Assembly: GCA_031370785.1 (NCBI GenBank)
Contig: JANMQY010000058.1
Location: 64,001-128,000, forward strand
Source: Candidatus Eiseniibacteriota bacterium
Lineage (GTDB): Bacteria > Eisenbacteria > RBG-16-71-46
Reading direction: 5' to 3'
Length of the DNA stretch: 64,000 nucleotides
Shown in pieces: positions 38,383-48,768 of this stretch. Positions within the stretch are counted from its first letter, which is position 1. Each line of letters opens with the position of its first letter. The position numbers and the translations under genes are program-made. The notes under the pieces were generated by a model. The model saw only the letters and a list, made by a program, of their open reading frames with translations, did not search any database and was not told where the DNA came from.

Positions 38383-40703
38383 TGGATAGTCACGACGAAG
38401 AACTCGAGCGGCTGCGGTCGGTAGCGCTTCAGAATGCCAACAGCATTCTCATCGCGCGCCAGCGCGCCGAGAACGAGCTGATCCAGGCAAAGGAAGCCCT
38501 CGAGCAGAAGACCGCCGAGCTCGCCGACTCGCTTTCGATGATGCGCGCGACGCTGGAGTCCACCACGGACGGGATCCTGGTGACGGACGCCGCCGCCCGG
38601 GTAACGGGCTTCAACGAAAACTACGTGTCGATGTGGGGAATGCCTCGCGAGCTCATCGATTCGCGAGACCACAGGCTGCTCATCGACTTCATCTCGAAGC
38701 GAGTCGTGGAGCCGGAGAAGTATCTCGCGCGAATGGCGGAGATCTACGCGACCTCGCCGCCGGAAAGCTTCGACGTCCTGCGTCTGCTCGATGGAAAGGT
38801 GCTGGAGCGATATTCGAGGATCCAGTTCCTCAGAGAGCGAAACATCGGGCGCGTCTGGAGCTTCCGCGACGTCACCGAGCGCAGGCGCGCCGAGGAAGCC
38901 GTGCGCGAGGAGAGCCGCCTTCTCGAGCTGCTGAACCGGACCGGGACCACGCTGGCCTCGCAGCTCGAGCTGCAATCGCTCGCGCAGGCGGTGACCGATG
39001 CGGGCACCGAGCTGAGCGGCGCCACGTTCGGAGCGTTCTTCTACAACCCGAAGGATGCGAAACGCGAGGGGTACGTGCTCTACGCGGTTTCCGGCGCGCC
39101 GGGAGAGGTTCTGGACAAGAGGGGGCAGCCGCCGCGGATCGGTTCCGCGTTCGACGGCGAAGCTCCGGTGCGCTGCGACGATGTTCTCAACGATCCGCGC
39201 CCCGGCGACATGGCGCCATTCGCCGGGACCGCGTCGGATGCATCGCCGGTTCGAAGCATCCTGGCGGTTCCGGTGATGTCGCGCTCCGGCTCCGTGATCG
39301 GCCGGCTGTTCTTCGGGCATCCCAACCCAGGCGTGTTCATCGAGCGCACCGAGCGGATCATCGTGGGAATCGCCGCTCAGGCGGCGATCGCGATCGACAA
39401 CGCCCGCCTGTACGAGGCAGCGCAGAACGCGGCCGAAGAGCGCAGGAAGCTCCTCGAGAGGGAACGGTCGGCGCGCGCCGATGCGGAGCGCAGCAACGAG
39501 CTGAAGGACGAGTTCCTCGCGACCGTCTCCCACGAGCTTCGGACCCCGCTGAGCGCCATTCTCGGGTGGGCCACGATTCTCCGTCGCGATGGGTCGGACG
39601 AGGTCCAGCTGAAGCAGGGACTCGAGGTCATCGAGCGAAACGCCCGCGTCCAGGCCCAGCTGATCGAAGACCTTCTCGACATGAGCCGGATCAACTCCGG
39701 GAAGATGCGGCTCGAGATCCAGCTGGTGGAACCGACCCTGTTCATCGAGGCCGCGATCGAAACCGTGAGGCCCGCTGCCGACGCGAAGGGAATCCGGCTC
39801 GAGAAGCTGCTGGATCCGCTGGCCGGCCCGGTCCTCGGCGATCCCAGCCGGCTGCAGCAGGTCGTCTGGAATCTTCTCTCGAACGCGATCAAGTTCACGC
39901 CCAGGGATGGGAGGGTGCAGGTCGTTCTGGAGCGAGTGAACTCGCACATCGAGATCAGCGTCGCCGACACGGGGCTCGGCATCGAGCCCGACTTTCTCCC
40001 GCAGGTATTCGATCGCTTCCTGCAGGCGGATGCTTCGGCCTCCCGGACGCAGGGAGGGCTCGGCCTCGGCCTGTCCATCGTGAAGAACCTGGTCGAGCTG
40101 CACGGAGGCACGGTGCAGGTCGCGAGCCCCGGGATCGGGCACGGCACGACCTTCGCGGTAAAGCTTCCCCTGACCGTGGTCCACCGGAACCTTCACGGAG
40201 AAGAGCGCCTGCACCCGAAGACGCCCAAAGCGATCTCAGGGGGCTTCCAGCGCTACGATCTCTCCGGACTCAAGGTGCTGGTCGTCGATGACGAAGCGGA
40301 TGCGCGCGATCTCATCAGCCGGGTGCTCGAAGACTGCGATGCCGAGGTGATCACGGCCGCGAACGCCGATGAGGCGATGGTGCTTCTCGAGAAGAAGAGA
40401 CCCCACGTGCTGGTGAGCGACATCGGCATGCCCAACGTCGATGGCTACGAGCTCCTCAGGCGCGTGCGGGCGCTCCCGTCCTATGCGGGCGGGAAGATAC
40501 CGGCGATCGCGCTCACCGCATTCGCCAGGTCCGAGGACCGCACCCGGGCGCTCGGGGCCGGCTTCCAGGTCCATGTCTCGAAGCCGGTCGAGCCCTCCGA
40601 GCTGGTCGTCACCATCGCGAGTGTCGCCGGGCGCACCGCGCAGCCGGGCGTCGAGAGATCGGGCGAACGATCGACCTGGTCTCCCGACAAGGGCGGCGCC
40701 TAG
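38382..40703 (+). CDS. Hybrid sensor histidine kinase (PAS-GAF-HisKA-HATPase-REC)
   Basis: SHELRTPL, NLLSNAIKF, DTGLGI, GLGLGL; receiver VVDDE...SDIGMP...KP; GTG start overlaps the upstream stop. Confidence 0.93.
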   Translation: MDSHDEELERLRSVALQNANSILIARQRAENELIQAKEALEQKTAELADSLSMMRATLESTTDGILVTDAAARVTGFNENYVSMWGMPRELIDSRDHRLLIDFISKRVVEPEKYLARMAEIYATSPPESFDVLRLLDGKVLERYSRIQFLRERNIGRVWSFRDVTERRRAEEAVREESRLLELLNRTGTTLASQLELQSLAQAVTDAGTELSGATFGAFFYNPKDAKREGYVLYAVSGAPGEVLDKRGQPPRIGSAFDGEAPVRCDDVLNDPRPGDMAPFAGTASDASPVRSILAVPVMSRSGSVIGRLFFGHPNPGVFIERTERIIVGIAAQAAIAIDNARLYEAAQNAAEERRKLLERERSARADAERSNELKDEFLATVSHELRTPLSAILGWATILRRDGSDEVQLKQGLEVIERNARVQAQLIEDLLDMSRINSGKMRLEIQLVEPTLFIEAAIETVRPAADAKGIRLEKLLDPLAGPVLGDPSRLQQVVWNLLSNAIKFTPRDGRVQVVLERVNSHIEISVADTGLGIEPDFLPQVFDRFLQADASASRTQGGLGLGLSIVKNLVELHGGTVQVASPGIGHGTTFAVKLPLTVVHRNLHGEERLHPKTPKAISGGFQRYDLSGLKVLVVDDEADARDLISRVLEDCDAEVITAANADEAMVLLEKKRPHVLVSDIGMPNVDGYELLRRVRALPSYAGGKIPAIALTAFARSEDRTRALGAGFQVHVSKPVEPSELVVTIASVAGRTAQPGVERSGERSTWSPDKGGA

Positions 40704-41488
40704 TACCGACCACGGCGGCGCTCCTTCGCCGGGAGATTCTCGAGGCAGGTCGTCCACCATCCGGTGCGGATCGTGGTCACGAACTCGGGTGGCAGCGCCT
40801 CCGCTTCCATCTCCCGCGCCAGCGCCTCGTGGTCGTAAGAGGCCCGACGGAACTCGACTCGAACCTCTGCGCCGACGCTCAGCATCGCGTAGCACACGTC
40901 GGTGCGTCCGTCGTTGGCCGGTCGCCCGATCGCACCGACGTTCAGCACGTGCCGGCCGGACGGCAGCTCACGATGCCACGGCAGCCCGGTGTGCGTGCAG
41001 GCGATGACCTCGACGCCGTGCGTCTCGCACAGCCATTCGAGGAACGCGTCCGAGCACGTGCTCTCCCACAGGAATTCGTTTACGCGCCGCGGCGACCCGT
41101 GGCACAGCAGGATGCGGCGGCCGCCGGCGTCGAGCCGGTGCTGTTCCGGCCGGGACCCCATCCAGGCGCGATGCGTGGCAGAAGTGCGCGCCAATGTGTA
41201 GTCGTACGAGATCTGGGCGAACCGGTTGTCGAGCGGATCGGTGTAGCCGCATCCGCAGTCGGGAAGGCCCTCGCCGATCGATGCGTCGTAGTTGCCGCGC
41301 AGCATGCCGACCTCCGCCGCACGCAGCAGATCGGCGGCGCGGTCGGGGTGGGGCCCGAAGCCGCCCAGATCACCGAGGCACCACGTCGAGTCCGCTCCGC
41401 TCTGCGCCACGTCTTCGAGAACGCGCTCGAGCGCCAGGTGGTTGCTGTACACGCCGCCGAACAGTGCGAGCTTCATCCCGAGCCTCAT
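40700..41488 (-). CDS. Metallophosphoesterase family protein with atypical motifs
   Basis: CLGD, GNYD, CHGSP, NVGAIGRP; DCGCGY insert; ATGA overlap with the radical SAM stop. Confidence 0.82.
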   Translation of the reverse strand: MRLGMKLALFGGVYSNHLALERVLEDVAQSGADSTWCLGDLGGFGPHPDRAADLLRAAEVGMLRGNYDASIGEGLPDCGCGYTDPLDNRFAQISYDYTLARTSATHRAWMGSRPEQHRLDAGGRRILLCHGSPRRVNEFLWESTCSDAFLEWLCETHGVEVIACTHTGLPWHRELPSGRHVLNVGAIGRPANDGRTDVCYAMLSVGAEVRVEFRRASYDHEALAREMEAEALPPEFVTTIRTGWWTTCLENLPAKERRRGRY

Positions 41489-42390
41489 CCGTTGGCGCAG
41501 GTCATGCCGGTCACGTAACAGGTGAAGCATGCGCCGTGGTCAAGCCGGTAGGGAGCCTGGGCGTCGATCAGGCGCTCTCCGAGCCGGCCGCCCGGCTCGT
41601 CCACCAGCAGCGGGCATACGAACACGCCCTTGGCGGTCACCGCGCGGCAGTGACCGCACTGCAGCCGCTGTGGATCGAATCCTTCGGCCGGAAGATCGCG
41701 AAGGCTCTCGAAGGCCTCGTAGCCGCGCGAGCGTGCGGTCTCGCGGCCGAGCCGGAACATGGGCAGCACCTTGAGTCGCGGGCGGGCGAGACCGGCCGCG
41801 CGCAGCATGACGAGATAGCGCGCGCGGAACGAGAGATCGTCCTCGTCGGTGGAATGGGTCGCGGTGACGATCGGGAGCAGCCCGCTCGCCTCGAGGCCAC
41901 GCAGCCCATCCAGGGCGCGCTCGAAGCTGCCGGGGCCCCGGAATCGATCGTGCTCCGCGGCGGTCGCGCCGTCGAGGCTCACCCGGATCTCGAGCGTGTA
42001 GCGCGTGGCTTCATCCAGTCGGCGCAGGTCCGCGAGCCGCTCGGATGTGAACAGTGTTCCATTGGTGAGCACGGTGCACGGGGCGAGAGGAAGGGTGTCC
42101 TCAAGGATCTCGAGCAGCGCGGGGTGCATGAACGGCTCGCCGCCGGTGAAGTAGAACTCCCTGACCCCGAGCGCGAGCCCTTCGCACACGCGCGCGCCCA
42201 CCTCCTCGCGCGACATCAGCCCGTGGTGCAGATCACCCGGCCCACACGACACGAAGCAGTGCGTGCACGTCAGATTGCACAGCGTGCCCGCCACCTGGAT
42301 CCACAGCGCATCGAGATGATGGAGCGGCTGCGCGGGCCAGGCCGGATCCGCTCCGGGGAGAATCGTGTGTGGAGAAGCGAACGACGTCAT
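41485..42390 (-). CDS. Radical SAM protein with Cys-rich C-terminus
   Basis: CNLTCTHC, FTGGEPF, TNG, VSLDG; C-terminal CGHC...CP...CFTC...C. Confidence 0.92.
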   Translation of the reverse strand: MTSFASPHTILPGADPAWPAQPLHHLDALWIQVAGTLCNLTCTHCFVSCGPGDLHHGLMSREEVGARVCEGLALGVREFYFTGGEPFMHPALLEILEDTLPLAPCTVLTNGTLFTSERLADLRRLDEATRYTLEIRVSLDGATAAEHDRFRGPGSFERALDGLRGLEASGLLPIVTATHSTDEDDLSFRARYLVMLRAAGLARPRLKVLPMFRLGRETARSRGYEAFESLRDLPAEGFDPQRLQCGHCRAVTAKGVFVCPLLVDEPGGRLGERLIDAQAPYRLDHGACFTCYVTGMTCANG

Positions 42391-42444
42391 GAGACTCCTC
42401 GTGCTGGGCTAGGGAGAAACGCCGTTCCGGCGCGGGAGCGTGGT

Positions 42445-42473
42445 TTGACCGCCCGCGCGCCGCCGCCTATCCT
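42445..42473 (+). promoter_or_regulatory. sigma70-like promoter of the apbC-ccm operon
   Basis: TTGACC-N17-TATCCT. Confidence 0.55.
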
Positions 42474-42630
42474 GATCCGTTCGGTTCCGGCCACCGGGCC
42501 GCCCCCGCACCGGGCGCGGGCCCTAGAGCGAGGGAGCATGATGCGCGAACCCGCCGGGAAAAGCACATCCGGTCGCGAGTCCCGCTTCGGCCGCGAGCGC
42601 GGGTCGGACCCCAACCTGACGGGAATCGGA

Positions 42631-43704
42631 ATGTCCCAGATCCAGACCAGAGACGTCCTCGCAGCGCTCGGCACCGTGCAGGATCCGGACCTTCACCGGG
42701 ACCTGGTCACCCTCGGCATGATCGAGGAGGTAGTGATCGCGGACGGGCGCGTATCGTTCCGTCTGGTGCTCACCACCTCGGCCTGCCCGCTCAAGGGCCA
42801 GATCGAGGACGAGGCGCGCGCCGCGGTGGGTGCGCTGCCCGGAGTGCGTGAAGTGGTGATCGAAACCACCTCCCGGGTGCGCAAGGCCAAGGATCCGACC
42901 GCGGATCGCAAGGCGCTCGAGGGCGTGGGCCACGTGATCGCGATCGGATCGGGCAAGGGCGGCGTGGGCAAGTCCACCGTGAGCGCGAATCTCGCGGTGG
43001 CGCTGGCCATGACCGGCGCCAGGGTCGGGCTGCTCGACGGGGACATCTACGGTCCCAACCTGCCGCGCATGCTCGGCGTGCATCGCCAGCCCTCGCAGCG
43101 CAACGGCAAGATCGTTCCGGTCGAGGCGTGGGGCCTGCACTTCATGTCGATGGGCCTGCTGGTGGACCAGGGTGAAGCGGTGGTGTGGCGGGGCCCGATG
43201 CTGCACGGCGCGATCAAGAGCTTCCTGCACGACGTGGACTGGGGCGACCTCGACTACCTGCTCGTCGACCTTCCGCCCGGCACCGGCGACGTGCAGCTCT
43301 CGCTGATCCAGCAGACCCACATCGCCGGCGCGGTGGTGGTGACCACGCCCTCGATGGTCGCGATCGAGGATGCGGTCAAGGCGGTGAACATGTTCTCCAA
43401 GCTGCAGGTGCCGGTGCTCGGAGTGGTCGAGAACATGAGCTACTTCGAGTGTCCCAACTGCCACGAGCGCCACTCGATCTTCAGCACCGGAGATGCGGAG
43501 ACCCGCGCGCTGGCCATGGGGCTTCCGTTCCTCGGCGCAATCCCGCTCCATCCCGACGTGCGCAGCGGCGGGGATACCGGGCGCCCGGTCGTAGTCGAGA
43601 AACCCGACAGCGAGTACGCGCGCGCGCTGAGCCGAATCGCCGGACACCTGGCGCAGCGCGTCTCGATCCAGACCCTTGGGGTCGCGGAGGATCTCCATGC
43701 GTGA
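42631..43704 (+). CDS. apbC: Mrp/ApbC/NBP35 Fe-S cluster carrier ATPase
   Basis: N-terminal DUF59-like VQDPDL; GKGGVGKST; VWRGPM; DLPPGTGD; ENMS..CPNC. Confidence 0.94.
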   Translation: MSQIQTRDVLAALGTVQDPDLHRDLVTLGMIEEVVIADGRVSFRLVLTTSACPLKGQIEDEARAAVGALPGVREVVIETTSRVRKAKDPTADRKALEGVGHVIAIGSGKGGVGKSTVSANLAVALAMTGARVGLLDGDIYGPNLPRMLGVHRQPSQRNGKIVPVEAWGLHFMSMGLLVDQGEAVVWRGPMLHGAIKSFLHDVDWGDLDYLLVDLPPGTGDVQLSLIQQTHIAGAVVVTTPSMVAIEDAVKAVNMFSKLQVPVLGVVENMSYFECPNCHERHSIFSTGDAETRALAMGLPFLGAIPLHPDVRSGGDTGRPVVVEKPDSEYARALSRIAGHLAQRVSIQTLGVAEDLHA

Positions 43705-44860
43705 GATCTACGCCGATCACGCGGCCACCACGCCGCCGCTGCCGGAGGCGATCGAGGCAATGCGGCCGTTTCTCGGCGAGTCTTTCGGCAACGCTTCGTC
43801 GGTGCATCGACGTGGAGAAGCCGCGCGCGATGCGATCGATCGGGCGCGCACCGAGGTGGCGCACCTGATCGGAGCTCTGCCGGAGGAGATCGTCTTCACC
43901 GCTTCCGGTTCCGAGGGCAACAATCTCGCGCTGCAGGGCGTGCTGGCCGGTGCGACCGGCGAGCGCCGCCGGCTCGTGATCTCGGCCATCGAGCACCCAT
44001 CCGTGCTGGAGACCGCGCGCCATCTCGAGTCACGCGGAGTGCCGCTCACCATCGTGCCGGTCGAACCCAACGGGATCGTGGATCTGGCGCGGGTTGCCTC
44101 TGCGCTCGGCCCCGATGTCGCGCTGGTCTCGATCATGTTCGTCAACAACGAGATCGGAACGGTGCAGCCGATCGCCGAGATCGCGGCCCTGGCCAGGGCC
44201 GCCGGCGCGCGCATGCACTGCGATGCGGTGCAGGCCGCGGGCAAGCTGCCGATCGACGTGAACGCGCTTGGCGTAGACCTGCTGACTCTCGCCGGACACA
44301 AGCTGGGCGGCCCGCTCGGAGCTGCCGCGCTCTACGTCCGGCGGCGGACGCGCCTGGTGCCGCTGGTCCATGGGGGACATCAGGAGCGATCGCGGCGCGC
44401 GGGCACCGAGAATCTTCCGGCGATCGTGGGGCTTGGAGTCGCGGCCAGGGCTGCGGCGGGGCGGGTCCAGGGAGCTCGCCGGCTCGCCGCGCTCGCGAAA
44501 CGGCTCGAGACCGGGCTGCTCGCGATCGAGGGAACGAAGCTCAACGGAGATGCGGAACGGCGCGCGCCCGGAATCGTCAACCTTTGCTTCACGGGCGTGG
44601 ACGGGGAAGCGGTGCTGCACGAGCTGGACCGCGAAGGCGTCACGGTGTCGACCGGCTCGGCATGCAGTGCGGCGACTCCGGGACCATCGCACGTGCTGCT
44701 CTCGCTCGGGCTTCGCCCGGAAGATGCGCATGCCAGCGTGCGATTCTCGCTGGGCGAAGGGAACGAGGCGGCGGACGTGGAATCCATTCTGGCCATCACA
44801 CCGATCGTGATCGAGAGGCTGCGCGCGCTCGATCGTCGTCCGGTCGAGCGCAGCGCGTAG
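43697..44860 (+). CDS. iscS: Cysteine desulfurase (IscS/NifS type)
   Basis: [32 protein letters not shown]. Confidence 0.92.
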   Translation: MREIYADHAATTPPLPEAIEAMRPFLGESFGNASSVHRRGEAARDAIDRARTEVAHLIGALPEEIVFTASGSEGNNLALQGVLAGATGERRRLVISAIEHPSVLETARHLESRGVPLTIVPVEPNGIVDLARVASALGPDVALVSIMFVNNEIGTVQPIAEIAALARAAGARMHCDAVQAAGKLPIDVNALGVDLLTLAGHKLGGPLGAAALYVRRRTRLVPLVHGGHQERSRRAGTENLPAIVGLGVAARAAAGRVQGARRLAALAKRLETGLLAIEGTKLNGDAERRAPGIVNLCFTGVDGEAVLHELDREGVTVSTGSACSAATPGPSHVLLSLGLRPEDAHASVRFSLGEGNEAADVESILAITPIVIERLRALDRRPVERSA

Positions 44861-44880
44861 GCTCGGGAGAGGAGCGGGGC

Positions 44881-45795
44881 GTGAATCAGCAGGAACAGTT
44901 CCGCCTGAAGGTAGGCCTGGCGGAGATGCTCAAGGGCGCGGTGATCATGGACGTAATGAGTGCGGACCAGGCCGAGATCGCGCAGGAGGCGGGAGCGGCG
45001 GCGGTGATGGCGCTCGAGCGGATCCCCTCGGAGATCCGGCGCCACGGCGGCGTCGCGCGTATGAGCGACCCGCAGATGATCCGCGCGATCCAGAAGGTGG
45101 TGGACATCCCGGTGATGGCGAAATGCCGGATCGGGCACATGGCCGAGGCGCAGATCCTCGAGGCGCTGGAAATCGACTTCGTGGACGAGAGCGAAGTGCT
45201 GACCCCCGCCGACGAGGAGCATCACGTGTGGAAGCACGCGTTCAAGGTGCCGTTCGTGTGCGGCTGCCGGGATCTGGGCGAGGCGCTGCGCCGCATCGGT
45301 GAAGGCGCGGCGCTGATCCGGACCAAGGGCGAAGCCGGGACCGGAAACATCGTGGAGGCGGTGCGGCACATGCGCGCGGTGCAGAAGCACCTGAAGCGGC
45401 TGACTACGCTGCGCGACGACGAGCTGATGGCCGAGGCCAAGACTCTCGGGGCGCCGTTCGAGCTGGTGAAGCAGATCGCGAAGACCGGCCGGTTGCCGGT
45501 GCCGAATTTCGCGGCGGGAGGAGTGGCACTGCCGGCCGACGCGTCACTGATGATGCAGCTCGGGGCCGAGGCGGTATTCGTGGGCTCGGGGATCTTCGAG
45601 GTCGGAAAGGATCTGTCGGCGCCTGAACAGCGCCGCGCGCAGCTCAGGATGGCGAGCGCGATCGTCAAGGCGGTGGCGAACTACGACAAGCCCGAGGTGC
45701 TGGCGGAAATCAGCACCGGGCTGCCTTCGGCGATGCGCGGGATCTCGCTCGAGACCCTGTCCGAAGAGCAGCTGCTCGCGAAGCGTGGATGGTGA
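44881..45795 (+). CDS. pdxS: PLP synthase lyase subunit
   Basis: [39 protein letters not shown]. Confidence 0.96.
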   Translation: MNQQEQFRLKVGLAEMLKGAVIMDVMSADQAEIAQEAGAAAVMALERIPSEIRRHGGVARMSDPQMIRAIQKVVDIPVMAKCRIGHMAEAQILEALEIDFVDESEVLTPADEEHHVWKHAFKVPFVCGCRDLGEALRRIGEGAALIRTKGEAGTGNIVEAVRHMRAVQKHLKRLTTLRDDELMAEAKTLGAPFELVKQIAKTGRLPVPNFAAGGVALPADASLMMQLGAEAVFVGSGIFEVGKDLSAPEQRRAQLRMASAIVKAVANYDKPEVLAEISTGLPSAMRGISLETLSEEQLLAKRGW

Positions 45796-45798
45796 AGC

Positions 45799-46452
45799 GT
45801 GGACGGTGAGCCGGTGTCACGCGCACGCGTCGGAGTGTTGAGCCTGCAGGGCGACTTCGCCCTGCACGCCGCCGCGCTCCAGACGCTCGGGATCGAGCCG
45901 GTGCGCGTCACGCTGCCCGAGCATCTTGACGGGCTCGAGGCGCTGGTGCTGCCCGGCGGCGAATCCAGCACCATGCTGCGCCTGCTCGAAAGCACAGGCC
46001 TGCGCGCGCCTCTCGAGCGGTTCGTCGCCGGGAAGCCGGTGCTCGCTACCTGCGCCGGGCTGATTCTGCTCGCGCGCGAGGCGGATCGGCTGCCGCTGCC
46101 GACCCTGGGGGCGCTCGACATCAAGGTCGTGCGCAACGGCTACGGCCGCCAGATCCACTCGTTCAGCGGACCGGTCGAATTCGCGCCGTCCCCGGGCCCC
46201 GTGAACGGAGTGTTCATCCGCGCGCCGCGAATCCTCGAGGTGGGCAAGGGGGTCACGGTGGTCGCCCACCGCCCTGCCGGAGAGGGCGCAGCCCGCGAGC
46301 CGGTCGGTGTGCAGGCCGGGCGCATCCTGGGCCTCGCGTTCCATCCCGAGCTGACCGGCGATCTGCGTTTCCATCGCTGGTTCCTTTCCGAGCTGGCCGG
46401 CCTCGCCGTGCCTCGCGCCGAGAGCTCCCGGACTTCCTCGGAGGCGGCATGA
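45799..46452 (+). CDS. pdxT: PLP synthase glutaminase subunit
   Basis: LQGDF, PGGES, TCAG, RNGYGRQ, FHPELT. Confidence 0.95.
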   Translation: MDGEPVSRARVGVLSLQGDFALHAAALQTLGIEPVRVTLPEHLDGLEALVLPGGESSTMLRLLESTGLRAPLERFVAGKPVLATCAGLILLAREADRLPLPTLGALDIKVVRNGYGRQIHSFSGPVEFAPSPGPVNGVFIRAPRILEVGKGVTVVAHRPAGEGAAREPVGVQAGRILGLAFHPELTGDLRFHRWFLSELAGLAVPRAESSRTSSEAA

Positions 46453-47477
46453 CGCCCGCTTCGACCGAGCGGCGCGCCCTGCACGACTTCGTCGCGAAGC
46501 ATCAGCGCTTTCTGCTCACCACCCACCTCAATCCCGATGGAGACGCGATCGGCAGTGAGGTGGCCTTCGCCCGCTGGTTGCGCGCGATGGGAAAGACGGT
46601 ACGCATCCTGAACGACTCGGTGACTCCGACCGCGTTCCTGTTCCTCACCGAGGAAGATCCGATCGAGGTCTACGAGCTGGCGCTTGCGGAACAGCGCTTT
46701 GCCGAGGCCGACGCGCTGGTGGTCCTCGACACCAGCAACCGCCAGCGCATCGGGCGGCTCGCCGCGGTGATCGACCGCCACGCGATCGCGGTCGCGGTGG
46801 TGGACCATCACGTCTCGCATGCGAGCGGATTCGGACAGGTGAACCTGATCGAGCCGGAGGTGGCCGCGACCGGCGAGCTGGTGTACGACCTGATGCGCGA
46901 GTCGGATTGCCCGATCGATCGCATCACCGCCGAGGCGCTCTACGTCGCACTGATGACCGACACCGGCGGATTCCGCTATTCCAACACCGACAGCCACGCA
47001 CATCATATGGCGGCCGAGCTGCTCGGGCTGGGCCTCGATCCGCAGGTGATCCACGCCAAGGTCCACTCCAACGCGCCGGCGGGTCGGCTGCGGTTCTTCG
47101 GCGAGGTGCTGGCCAGGCTCGAAATGCTCGGCGAGGGCAGGCTCGCGGTGCTGGAAGCCTCTCCCGAGCAGTTCCAGCGCCACGGACTGGTGGGCGCCGA
47201 CACCGAGGGGCTGGTGGACCTGCCGCGCAGCATCGCGGGAGTCGAAGCGGTCGCGCTCTTCTCGGAAGTCGAGCCGGGCAAGGTGAAGGTCAGCCTGCGC
47301 TCGACCGGCCGCATCGCGATCGATCAGGTGTGCACCCGGCTCGGAGGCGGCGGGCATCCGCACGCCGCGGGTGTGCTGCTGCGCGCCACCCGCGAGCAGG
47401 CGCGGGCCAGGGTCCTGCCGGAGATCGAGGCGCTGCTGGCGCGCCGCGACCCCGCCGCGGCGCGGCCCGGCCCATGA
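46449..47477 (+). CDS. nrnA: DHH/DHHA1 phosphoesterase (NrnA-like)
   Basis: HLNPDGDAIGS, DHH, TDTGGF, GGGGHPHAAG. Confidence 0.9.
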   Translation: MTPASTERRALHDFVAKHQRFLLTTHLNPDGDAIGSEVAFARWLRAMGKTVRILNDSVTPTAFLFLTEEDPIEVYELALAEQRFAEADALVVLDTSNRQRIGRLAAVIDRHAIAVAVVDHHVSHASGFGQVNLIEPEVAATGELVYDLMRESDCPIDRITAEALYVALMTDTGGFRYSNTDSHAHHMAAELLGLGLDPQVIHAKVHSNAPAGRLRFFGEVLARLEMLGEGRLAVLEASPEQFQRHGLVGADTEGLVDLPRSIAGVEAVALFSEVEPGKVKVSLRSTGRIAIDQVCTRLGGGGHPHAAGVLLRATREQARARVLPEIEALLARRDPAAARPGP

Positions 47478-48145
47478 GCGTCGCCGCCGCTCCGCTCGCG
47501 GTGTGCGCGCTCTCGCTCGAGGCTCGCTCGCTCGCGCATCGCTACGGGAGCCGCCGCGCGCTCGAGCGCATCGACTTCACGCTCGAGGGCAACGGGGTCA
47601 CCGCGGTGACCGGACCGAACGGCTCGGGCAAGAGCACGCTGCTTCGCATCATCGCAGGACTCCTCCGCCCGAGCGAGGGTGAGGCGCGGCTCGCGGTTCA
47701 CGGGCGAACGCTCTGCGCGGGAGAGAGGCGCCTGGGCGTCGGTCTGGCTGCGCCCGAGATGGCGTTCTACGAGGAGCTGAGCGTTGAGGAGAACCTGCGC
47801 TTCGCCGCCGAGGCCCGCGCGCTGAGCGGCGCGGCGGCGCGGGTCGCGACCGCGCTCCAGCGGGTCGGGCTCACCGCCCGTGCCGACGATCGGGTCGCGG
47901 CGCTGTCGAGCGGCATGCAGCAGCGCCTGCGCGTGGCGTTCGCGATCCTGCACGCGCCGCCGCTGCTGCTGCTCGACGAGCCGGGCGGGCACCTGGACGA
48001 CGAGGGCCGCGCCGCGATCGAGCGCGTCATTGCCGAACATGCGCAGAGCGGTCACGTGCTGCTGGCCACCAACGACGAAAGGGAGTGGCGACTTGCCGGG
48101 CGACGCATCCCGCTCCGCGGCCGCGGTCTGGGCGATCCTTCGTAA
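47474..48145 (+). CDS. ccmA: Heme exporter ATPase CcmA
   Basis: GPNGSGKST, LSSGMQQR, LLDEP; first gene of the ccm run. Confidence 0.85.
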   Translation: MSVAAAPLAVCALSLEARSLAHRYGSRRALERIDFTLEGNGVTAVTGPNGSGKSTLLRIIAGLLRPSEGEARLAVHGRTLCAGERRLGVGLAAPEMAFYEELSVEENLRFAAEARALSGAAARVATALQRVGLTARADDRVAALSSGMQQRLRVAFAILHAPPLLLLDEPGGHLDDEGRAAIERVIAEHAQSGHVLLATNDEREWRLAGRRIPLRGRGLGDPS

Positions 48146-48767
48146 GGAATGCCGCAGCGAGTGGCGCACACGCTGGGGGCTCAATGCCGCATTGCTGTTT
48201 TCGGTGACGACCCTGACCGCGGTGAGCTTCGCGGTCGGACGCATGCCGGATCGGTCCGACGTGCTTTCCGCGCTGCTGTGGATCGTGCTGCTGTTCGCCT
48301 CCCTGGCTTCACTCGCGCATGCGTTCGTGCGCGAGGTCGAGGGCCACACTCTGAGTGTGCTCAGGCTGGTCGCCTCACCGACCGAGATCGCGCTCGGGAA
48401 ACTGCTGTTCAATCTGGTGTTCCTGCTGGTGCTCGAGATCGTGACCGTGCCTCTGTTCCTGACGCTGATGGGTGCGCCGCCGCCGCGCTGGGGAGCGTTC
48501 ACTTCGGTCCTGCTGCTCGGCACCGTGGGTCTGGCCGCGGCTGGCACGCTGATCGGCGCGCTCATCGCGCAGACCCGGAGCCGGGGCGCGCTGTTCGCTG
48601 CGGTGTCGCTGCCGCTGCTCCTTCCGGTGCTCGCGGCGGCGGTGAGCGGCACGCGCGCGCAGTGGGCGGGCGGCGCGATCGACGCGCAGGTCCGCATGCT
48701 CGCGTCCTACGCGCTCGGCGTCATCGCGGTGAGCCTGATGCTCTACGACCATCTGTGGGAGGAGTGA
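48093..48767 (+). CDS. ccmB: Heme exporter permease CcmB (start approximate)
   Basis: AILRKECRSEWR, FVREVEGHT, LPLLLP; multiple TM segments. Confidence 0.87.
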   Translation: MPGDASRSAAAVWAILRKECRSEWRTRWGLNAALLFSVTTLTAVSFAVGRMPDRSDVLSALLWIVLLFASLASLAHAFVREVEGHTLSVLRLVASPTEIALGKLLFNLVFLLVLEIVTVPLFLTLMGAPPPRWGAFTSVLLLGTVGLAAAGTLIGALIAQTRSRGALFAAVSLPLLLPVLAAAVSGTRAQWAGGAIDAQVRMLASYALGVIAVSLMLYDHLWEE

Positions 48768-48768
48768 C

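Noticed and set aside
37140..40703. Possible target-site duplication around the MetE-like/kinase pair (AAGGGCGG...CCTAG at both gene ends)
   Set aside because: The match is short, gapped and GC-rich, with no integrase or transposase; it cannot be separated from chance.
41194..42630. Apparent 479-aa N-terminal extension of the Mrp ORF (similar extensions on lgt, M23, pdxS and hcrA)
   Set aside because: The extension overlaps real genes and a promoter; family similarity begins only at the downstream starts used above.
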